Of a stretch of 64,000 nt of DNA, positions 56,708 to 64,000 are shown one piece after another. The DNA comes from Planctomycetota bacterium (GTDB taxonomy: Bacteria; Planctomycetota; Phycisphaerae; UBA1845). Positions within the stretch are counted from its first letter, which is position 1, and the number at the start of each line of letters is the position of its first letter. The DNA lies in contig JAJRPG010000018.1 of NCBI GenBank assembly GCA_024280855.1, forward strand, positions 7,386 through 71,385, given 5' to 3'. A model generated the notes under the pieces. That model was not told where the DNA came from. It ran no database searches and saw nothing but the letters and a program-made list of their open reading frames with translations. The position numbers and the translations under genes were made by a program.

Positions 56708-59700
56708 CTAATTCGGTAACTCACGATTTCGGCCAAAGTTGTTGCCGTAGACGATGTAAACATCACCAGTGTCGGTACGGCGGCCAAGCTCTGCATCTGA
56801 AGCATCAGGCCCTTGCGGGAAGGTTAAGTCGATGAAGTCTGCCAGTGGATTGCCGATAGCGATATCGTCGAAACCATCATTGTTGATATCTCCCAGGCCA
56901 GCCACGGCCACTGGCGCCGCTTCGTTTGGACGACCTATGGCGTATGGGCTTAGGAACACGATTCCTGGAAGATCGTCAGATGAGACCTGAGCCAGGTTCC
57001 ATGTTGTATTTTCCAGGTGTGGTCCACCGAAAACTAGGTACACAACGCCCAATCGCTCTCGCCCCGTGGTGTCTATGCGTACCTCACCAGGAGCAGTAAT
57101 GAGTAAATCACCAAATCCGTCCTGATTAAAATCTCCAGCTGACGCAATTGAGGTACCGGCTCGATGCCCAACGCCAGCACCAAAGAAAACGACTCCGGGA
57201 AGCTCCGCCGTGGCAATTTGATCGATCGTGCGGTCACCATCGAGGAAAACGCCGCCAAAGATGGCAGCTACAAATCCGTTATCAACAATGGTATCGCAAC
57301 AATCTGATCCACCGGCAATGAGGCATAAGAACACTTCAAAATCGTCGCTGTCCACAACTTCGTTGTTGTCGTAATCAAAAGCTTTGCACGATTCGTTGGT
57401 AAACACATGTCCGCTAGCATCGCTCATGCAAAGATCAAATGACGTTTGGTCAAGATCGCTTTGCGTGATTTCACCATCCCCGTCAAAGTCGCTTGCACAA
57501 CTGGTTCTGCGCACCGTTCCGAAATCTGTAGAGGGTGACGAGATAAAGATGTCACTTACACGATCACCATTGACATCTAGGCCAGACGCCTGGGTGAAGC
57601 CGATCTTATCCCCCGCCTTGACGCCGCGTATGCGAAGCATGGGGGGGCGACTAAAAGAGTCATCGGCATTGCTCAATTGTACATCGCCAGGGACATTTCG
57701 ACCGTAAATGACATAGGCCGCGCCTGTGTCAGCTACGCTGGCCGAGCGATCATTAAGTGGTGCGCCACATAAAATATCATCCAAACCGTCCTGGTTGAAA
57801 TCGCCAGCAGACACCGCGCCGCCTAAAAAGTCGGACGTATCCTCTGCGAATATGCCAAAGGTATCCGCTGGACGGAAATAGTGTCGCGGTTCCTGAGTCA
57901 CAAGATTCGAGGAGCATTTCCCGAATGGTACAACTTTGTAATTGTCAAGTTGGGGCGTGTTTGCGGTGCCAGCTTGATTGTCATTCTTATCTCGCCAAAG
58001 GTTGAAATTGTAATTGGAACCTGGAAACACCAAAATGCTTGAGCGAAATTGAGTGGATTGAAACTGAGTGCTTACAAAACCAAATTCAGAAAGTAATGAA
58101 TCAACATAAGCTTCGTTAGTAGGGGCCGACACCATAATCTCGTCCAAGCCGTCAGCATTGAGATCACCCAGTCGAGACACTTTTTGCCCGAAAAGCCCTT
58201 CTCGCGGGCCTTGATCCAACACAAAGGCATCTCTGAAATCATAACCACCAGGGAAAAAACGAGCACCAGAAATACGGCCAGGCTGCCTAGTTTCATTACC
58301 AACAACCACTGCCAAATTATTATCCGCTCGTGCAAAAATGGGGCCGCCTTCATCAAAACCGGTCCCATCATTGGGGCCCAATATCCGTGATCCGATCAAC
58401 TCGATGTCAACGACTGTGGACTCTAGTCGATCGCTAACGACAGCGCCTCTACTATCTCTGTTTTGGCTATTGAACATGATTGCCATGCCACCAGCGTAAA
58501 AGTTAGTATCAGAATCGCCGCCATCATTTTGGTCTGTAAAATTGTTGACTATGAAATCCGGATAGCAGCCAAGCGCAGTAAAACCACTGGGCACGTCATC
58601 GCCTGGATCATAATCCATAGAGTCGATTGCCCCATGCACATGCTGAAGGCCGAACAGGATCTCTGGTCGCCCGTCGCCCGTTAGATCACTCATGAAACTA
58701 ACAGAGTTAATACCATCAGTTCTCGCATCACGATCGTCTAACGCAGTGCCTAAATTTGTTCGGAGAGGAGGGGCCGAAAAAATGGCGCCGCTTATGGCCT
58801 CGCCGATGGAATTGACGCCTAACGCCCCGCCAAACCTCACACGGTCCTGTCCATAAATCGTATACGCTTCGCCAATGAGGCCAAAATTTCTGGGATTTCC
58901 AAACTGTGCGACCAGCAAAAAGTCGTCAACACCGTCTAAGTCAAAGTCCGTTAAGGTGGTCATGCTGGACCCCAAGTGTGCTCCCGGATTGAACCCGTAA
59001 AATCGCACACCGGATATAGCCCGACCCACATCAAACAAATCAACCACGCCCGCCGCAAGTTGAGCGACACTGATCGTACCCACTGCGTATTGGTGCACTC
59101 GGGGATTCGTGAGATCGTCTGCCGTAACGCGAATGAAGTAGGGTTCGCCGTCTGTTCGCGGAGGGATAGTTGTCAGGTCGATCGGAATATCGAAGTTAAT
59201 AGCTTCAAAACTTCCCGCTTCGACTGTCCGAGTTTGTAGCACGATAATCTGACTGTTATCAGGATTGGTTGGATCGTCATTGTCAGGGTCAAGATCAATA
59301 TCGAGTAATACAAATAATGTGATCGTACTATCAGGGTCAAATGGCAGCGCCGCGATCGGCAAAAACTGTGATGGCTGAACGGATACTCGTAGAATATCGT
59401 CCTGGGCAACGCTTTGATTGAAGGCCGGCTCTGTGACCGTAACCACGGGCGGAATGGTCTGCTGGCCTCGACCTGGCTCCACAATGCGAATCACAGTTCG
59501 CTGGGTTACATTAGCCGATGTCGTCTCGGAAAAGACCATGACTATCTCATTGACACCGTCGTCAATCGTGCCAAGAAGATTGTATGTGCCTATGGGGATA
59601 AGAGACGTACTCACCGTAAAAGTATCCGGACCAATCGAATCGTTTTCATCAACCCCAGTCACAAGTACAATCGCCTGGTTCGTTTCTGTGTTTACCAATG

Positions 59701-59956
59701 AGAAGCCTATGAGCGCGTTGTTATCGGGGTCGCTGTCCGTCCACTGAATTAAAAAGTTCGCCCCCTGGTCCGCAGTCACATCAGCCGTTGGCTCAGTTAT
59801 TTGCAGAGTAGGCGGATCGTTTCCGCTCAAGCCAGGACCGACAACTGGTGCAGGCGTCGGCGCGCCCACGCAGGACACAAAAAGCGTAGCCAGGGTACAT
59901 GTCAACACCAGGCACAACACAAACTGACTAGGGTTCAATTTACAACAGCGATTCAT
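56708..59956 (-). CDS. Large FG-GAP (integrin-alpha-like) repeat lipoprotein with Ig-like N-domains and a dockerin-like insert
   Basis: Repeated GD(F/L/I)NxDGxDD loops and GxAYxxYG motifs; lipobox-like FVSC; ATG 59956 has a GGAG RBS. Confidence 0.8.
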   Translation of the reverse strand: MNRCCKLNPSQFVLCLVLTCTLATLFVSCVGAPTPAPVVGPGLSGNDPPTLQITEPTADVTADQGANFLIQWTDSDPDNNALIGFSLVNTETNQAIVLVTGVDENDSIGPDTFTVSTSLIPIGTYNLLGTIDDGVNEIVMVFSETTSANVTQRTVIRIVEPGRGQQTIPPVVTVTEPAFNQSVAQDDILRVSVQPSQFLPIAALPFDPDSTITLFVLLDIDLDPDNDDPTNPDNSQIIVLQTRTVEAGSFEAINFDIPIDLTTIPPRTDGEPYFIRVTADDLTNPRVHQYAVGTISVAQLAAGVVDLFDVGRAISGVRFYGFNPGAHLGSSMTTLTDFDLDGVDDFLLVAQFGNPRNFGLIGEAYTIYGQDRVRFGGALGVNSIGEAISGAIFSAPPLRTNLGTALDDRDARTDGINSVSFMSDLTGDGRPEILFGLQHVHGAIDSMDYDPGDDVPSGFTALGCYPDFIVNNFTDQNDGGDSDTNFYAGGMAIMFNSQNRDSRGAVVSDRLESTVVDIELIGSRILGPNDGTGFDEGGPIFARADNNLAVVVGNETRQPGRISGARFFPGGYDFRDAFVLDQGPREGLFGQKVSRLGDLNADGLDEIMVSAPTNEAYVDSLLSEFGFVSTQFQSTQFRSSILVFPGSNYNFNLWRDKNDNQAGTANTPQLDNYKVVPFGKCSSNLVTQEPRHYFRPADTFGIFAEDTSDFLGGAVSAGDFNQDGLDDILCGAPLNDRSASVADTGAAYVIYGRNVPGDVQLSNADDSFSRPPMLRIRGVKAGDKIGFTQASGLDVNGDRVSDIFISSPSTDFGTVRRTSCASDFDGDGEITQSDLDQTSFDLCMSDASGHVFTNESCKAFDYDNNEVVDSDDFEVFLCLIAGGSDCCDTIVDNGFVAAIFGGVFLDGDRTIDQIATAELPGVVFFGAGVGHRAGTSIASAGDFNQDGFGDLLITAPGEVRIDTTGRERLGVVYLVFGGPHLENTTWNLAQVSSDDLPGIVFLSPYAIGRPNEAAPVAVAGLGDINNDGFDDIAIGNPLADFIDLTFPQGPDASDAELGRRTDTGDVYIVYGNNFGRNRELPN

Positions 59957-60281
59957 CTGCTCTACTCCATCGATCCATTTTGGCACGGGATACACATCAC
60001 CGGTCCCCAGGCAAATCTCGCCTCCGGTGCGGTCGCATAGACGATCATAAAGTCACCATAAATGTCTCGTCAAGGCTGGCGATTCCAGGGCTCAACCGTG
60101 CGGGGAAGGCTACGAGGCCAATATCAAGCCAAGTAGGGGCGTGGCCTGTACGCAAAAAAGCTCATTTGGGCCTTTGTTTACAGCGTTAAATGAGCATGCA
60201 CGGGCCTATGCCATTCCAGCTAGCATGGCAAATGAGATGTTTTTCTGGGCGATTTGGGAATAAAAAAGAGGGCAGGAAATC

Positions 60282-60309
60282 GAAAATTTATCAGTACACC
60301 AGCCGATAA
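60282..60309 (+). promoter_or_regulatory. Sigma-28-like promoter
   Basis: GAAAA-N15-GCCGATAA, about 280 nt upstream of the trypsin/TPR gene. Confidence 0.4.
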
Positions 60310-60588
60310 CTGCGCGAACTGCCGAAACGGTTCGTTTACCTGACAATTTTGTCGGGACTACAGCGATTCAGGTTTTAGCCAGCAGCGAGCAGATTCGATG
60401 TTTTAGAATTTGCCTCTCTATGCTCACCAGTTTTCGCAGATGCCGCCTTGTATGTGACCACTGCGTTACAGTAAAATGCCTTCAGATATGCTCAGCCTTG
60501 TTGAATGCCGCGAAAATTGCTTTACATCGTAAACTGAAGCCTGCATCATATACAACCAAGTTATTGAAAGTTATTGACGAGGAGCTAA

Positions 60589-61911
60589 ATGATGATCGCT
60601 TATTCAAAACATAGACCTACATCGGCTTGCTGCATCCTGCTTCCATGCGCATGGTTGCTCATGGTGCCCAGTGCATCCCAGGCCCAAGCGCCTTCAAAAT
60701 CTGCCGTAGCAGATAGCCAACACATGGCGAAAATTCTTCCATCAGTCGTTCGTATTACCACGCGAGATCAGTCTTTAGCCGTGTTGAATGAAAGCCTTGG
60801 CCTTATTGTTTCCAGGGATGGATTGATTATTACCAATTCTCTCGCTGTAAAAGATGCCTATATTGCCACCGCATCTTCGTCAGATGGCTCCACTTATTTT
60901 ATCGAATCAGTGTTAGCTACGGAAATCATTCTGGATTTGGCTTTGCTACGTGTACGGGGGCAAAAAATGCCCGCTACCGAACTGTCTGCTGGTGTGATTC
61001 CGCCATCTGGTTCTACTGTATTTGCTATGAAATCCTGGTCGCAGAGAACTGCTAAACCACTGTCCGGCAAAGTTTCTGAAGTTTGGCAGACAGCCGACAA
61101 CGTCGACATGGTCGATTTCAGCGTCGTAATGGGCGGCAAGGGCATGGGCGGCCCGGCAGTGGATAAGGATGGCCACCTCGTAGGTATTTGCAATACAGTG
61201 TCGCGACCTTTTCGACGCGGCGTGGTGGGCGATACGGCTATCTGTTCCACTAAAATTATAGAAGGTTTCGTCAGGAAAAACGCATCTGCGTCCGGTACAC
61301 CATTAGCTAGCGCTTACAGTGGTGCATTCGGGGCTGATGGCGCAGGAAAATTAGTAAAAATTTGGAAACAGATCGAGGATGAAAAATATGACGATGCCCT
61401 GCGAGAATTGCGGGTTATGCCAAGCTTACTGCAGGAATCATTTGTATATCAGATCACGTTAGGATTGACACAGTTCAAGCTCAACAAGTTTGAAGCCGCT
61501 GCGAAATCTTTTTTAAGCGCTACGGCATCTAATCCCTACGATGCAAACCCCGCATATCAAGGTGGCCTTGCCCTGCGGAGAGCGAAAAAGTTTGAAGATT
61601 CCGTTCTCGCGTTTCAGGTGGCTACCCAGCGGGATCCGCAACATATCGACGCTTACATCGCCTGGGGGCGTTCCTATAACGTCATGCGGCAACCAAGCTT
61701 GGCTATAAACGTGCTATCCAAGGCGCTGGCTATTGATGGCAACAATGTTGACGCCCACTTGAACATTGGCATCTCATATTGGGGCATGAGTGACCGTGAA
61801 CAAACGGTGGATCACCTTATGCAAGCCAGCATGATTGCCCCGAAAAGCGCCGCTGGAATTCGTGCCACAGCCTTAATGGATTCGGGGCTACCAATGCCCA
61901 ACGAACAGTGA
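60589..61911 (+). CDS. Secreted trypsin-like (S1C) domain plus TPR protein with degenerate catalytic residues
   Basis: PSVVRI, GLIITNSLAV, DLALL and GKGMGGPAVDKDGHLVGI motifs; C-terminal TPRs. Confidence 0.8.
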   Translation: MMIAYSKHRPTSACCILLPCAWLLMVPSASQAQAPSKSAVADSQHMAKILPSVVRITTRDQSLAVLNESLGLIVSRDGLIITNSLAVKDAYIATASSSDGSTYFIESVLATEIILDLALLRVRGQKMPATELSAGVIPPSGSTVFAMKSWSQRTAKPLSGKVSEVWQTADNVDMVDFSVVMGGKGMGGPAVDKDGHLVGICNTVSRPFRRGVVGDTAICSTKIIEGFVRKNASASGTPLASAYSGAFGADGAGKLVKIWKQIEDEKYDDALRELRVMPSLLQESFVYQITLGLTQFKLNKFEAAAKSFLSATASNPYDANPAYQGGLALRRAKKFEDSVLAFQVATQRDPQHIDAYIAWGRSYNVMRQPSLAINVLSKALAIDGNNVDAHLNIGISYWGMSDREQTVDHLMQASMIAPKSAAGIRATALMDSGLPMPNEQ

Positions 61912-62060
61912 TAGTAAATACGCCCCTCAGTTCATGCCTTAAACCATTCAACCTTGCACGGCGACGAATAGGCTGCGGCGCGAGAACAGATGTGGTTGCT
62001 TTCGGGTTGTAATCCAATTAAGAGACTTGGACTACAACCCGAAAAGTTCCCTCCCACGCC

Positions 62061-63923
62061 TTACCGAAACATTATATCTTCAGGCATCATCATAATTACC
62101 CGTTCCTGGTGTATTAGCTCAATACGTTTGAGCGCCTGCAAAAGCGATTGGACTCGTGAAGGATCAATCGTCGCGAGCATCGGTAGCGCCGTCTTAAACA
62201 TTGGCCAGGATGAAAATGATGTCTTTCCCTGTAGCGTACTGACAAACTCCGAGCCTTTATTCTTACCCATAAAGGCATCAAACAGCCCAGGTGGCTCCGG
62301 GATTACGCGGATGTCATAATCACCCAGTTTAGCTTGGTCCGCTGCGTATTTAATGGCATCATTTAAGCCGCCAATTTTATCTATGAGGCCAAGCTCAAGC
62401 GCCTGAGCGCCTGTAAACACGCGTCCCTCCGCTAGCTCTTCAATCGGCTTGGTCAAGCGGTCGCCTCGTGCTGCGACGACGTGCCCCTTGAAAATGTCGT
62501 ATACCGTCGTCATGTAATGGCGTATTTTAGCCCGTTCCTTGTCGCTAAACTTCGTCGCAGAACTCAACATCCCTGCCATCTCGCCGCGCTTTCGGCTATG
62601 CCAATGAATGCCGATTGATTCCCAGGCGTTCGTCGTCACTAACTTGCCGCTGATGACACCGATCGAAGCCGTGATCGTATTGCGGTCAGCAAAAATGGTA
62701 TCGCTGGCACAGGTGACGTAATATCCACCGCTGGCTGCGACGTTACCCATCGATATGATGAGCGGCTTTTTCTCGGCGACACGTTTCGTAGCGTCCAAAA
62801 TGATTTCTGAAGCCAAAGCGGAACCGCCGGGGGAATCTACCCGCAGAACTACAGCTTTGACAGAATCTTCTGATGCGGCCGTGTCCAACGCTTTGCGAAT
62901 CGACGTACTGAACGCCCCACTCGACTGCCCAAATGGTGATGACTCAGCCTCGCCAGTTGATATGGCCCCTTCGACGTATACGATGGCGACGCTCGGGTCA
63001 GTGTAAACCTTGGGCGTTGGGTTCATCATGTTCATCATGAACTCAAACATCGCAAAGAAATTGTCGTCCGGCATCGCGAGGTCATCATCCTGGCCATAAT
63101 CCATCGCTACATCCACACCCGCGCCGTAACGAGTTTTCAAATCCGCTATAAAATCCTGCCGGTGCTGAATTTTATCGATCATCCCAGCTTTCAGGGCTTC
63201 CTCTGCAGAATAAGGCCCGTTATCAATAAGCTCACGAACATGATCCTTTTTCATGTTCCGCCCGGATGCAATGAGACCCACCAGTCCGTCGTACATTCCG
63301 TCGAATAGCCAGGAATACATTTCTTCCGCTGGTTTTGAAGGCTCTGAACGATACAGAAATTCGCCAGCAGACTTGAAATCGCCGCAATGCTCGATGACAG
63401 GAATGATACCCATCTTGTCCAACGCCCCACGAATATAGGGAGACTCGCTGTACAAGCCCGTGAGCCAAATATCGCCAGTCGGAACCAGAATCACGTTCGA
63501 CGCAGCCGTTGACAAAGCATAAGTCCAATTGGTCATAGTATCCGAATGGACATAAACATCTTTTTCTACCGCGCGAAAGCTAAGCAACGCCGCATGCAAT
63601 TCCTCCACCTGCGCAGCTCCAAGACTTGATGAGCCTATGTCAAGAACCACCGCTCGCACTTCTGAATCCTGACGCGCTTTCTTAAAGCGTGACAATAACG
63701 ATTTCATGGACGTAGGTGCCGAGCCGCCAAATAGCGGGGGCATCGGTGAAGGCGATTCAACGATTTGGTCAGAAATTTGAAAGTACGCAATTTTATGTAC
63801 CGGCGCAGGCGGGGTTCGTTTTGTTAAACGCTTGAGCGCGTCAAATTGACCAAGGGCTGGCCCTGGCACGACAAAGCCAATGGCTAATAAAATCACTATA
63901 CTAGAATGTCTCGCTCGCATCAT
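62061..63923 (-). CDS. sppA: Signal peptide peptidase SppA, 67K type
   Basis: Tandem S49 domains; GDFKSAGE lysine; RVDSPGGSA and GNVAASGGYY serine motifs. Confidence 0.92.
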   Translation of the reverse strand: MMRARHSSIVILLAIGFVVPGPALGQFDALKRLTKRTPPAPVHKIAYFQISDQIVESPSPMPPLFGGSAPTSMKSLLSRFKKARQDSEVRAVVLDIGSSSLGAAQVEELHAALLSFRAVEKDVYVHSDTMTNWTYALSTAASNVILVPTGDIWLTGLYSESPYIRGALDKMGIIPVIEHCGDFKSAGEFLYRSEPSKPAEEMYSWLFDGMYDGLVGLIASGRNMKKDHVRELIDNGPYSAEEALKAGMIDKIQHRQDFIADLKTRYGAGVDVAMDYGQDDDLAMPDDNFFAMFEFMMNMMNPTPKVYTDPSVAIVYVEGAISTGEAESSPFGQSSGAFSTSIRKALDTAASEDSVKAVVLRVDSPGGSALASEIILDATKRVAEKKPLIISMGNVAASGGYYVTCASDTIFADRNTITASIGVISGKLVTTNAWESIGIHWHSRKRGEMAGMLSSATKFSDKERAKIRHYMTTVYDIFKGHVVAARGDRLTKPIEELAEGRVFTGAQALELGLIDKIGGLNDAIKYAADQAKLGDYDIRVIPEPPGLFDAFMGKNKGSEFVSTLQGKTSFSSWPMFKTALPMLATIDPSRVQSLLQALKRIELIHQERVIMMMPEDIMFR

Positions 63924-64000
63924 AACTAAATCTCCTCCAGCAGATTCGCTTAACTTCCGGGTGCATCAACGCACCTCTCTTTTCCGTATATTCTATTGAA

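Noticed and set aside
96-63528. The many short antisense or overlapping ORFs in the track (e.g. 342-638, 19427-19894, 39526-40128, 51203-51877, 55102-55698)
   Set aside because: They are shadows of well-supported genes on another frame or strand and carry no recognisable motifs.
1-64000. CRISPR array, rRNA, integrase or transposase
   Set aside because: I saw no regularly spaced direct repeats, rRNA-like tracts or recombinase/transposase motifs. Nearly all sequence is explained by ordinary CDSs.

Overview
This window looks like core chromosome from a Planctomycetota bacterium, most likely Phycisphaerae. That assignment is inferred from a HYExAFE-type protein, dockerin-like and FG-GAP surface proteins, and the GyrA signature. 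I found no rRNA, tRNA, CRISPR array, integrase or transposase. Housekeeping blocks are: an Rrf2-led SUF Fe-S operon (rrf2-iscA-sufB-rhodanese-sufC-sufD-sufS-sufU-sufT) ending in a translationally coupled GTDC1/QTMAN-like glycosyltransferase; rsmD-cca; rpmF-plsX-fabH-fabD-fabG-acpP-fabF; mrp-dinB-moaD/E fusion-nth; a two-component pair; an ECF sigma/anti-sigma/periplasmic-partner locus; a KamA-family radical SAM enzyme; a hybrid kinase; gyrA; rnd; mfd with a SurA-like gene; a P1B ATPase; and sppA. The most notable signals are: (1) a secreted 30-cysteine protein made of five near-perfect Cx3Cx10Cx9Cx10Cx3-4C repeats, upstream of the ECF locus and carrying an ECF-like promoter; (2) the bacterial homologue of queuosine-tRNA mannosyltransferase inside the SUF operon; (3) a recurring sigma-28-like promoter motif before a FliN-like gene, a hybrid kinase, a pseudo-protease and a radical SAM/acetyltransferase divergon; (4) a shared operator core upstream of rrf2-suf and mrp; (5) a 1081-aa secreted CARDB/transglutaminase-like/dockerin-like protein; and (6) a REP-like palindrome family showing a compensatory base-pair change. 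All assignments come from reading motifs by eye; no database searches were run.
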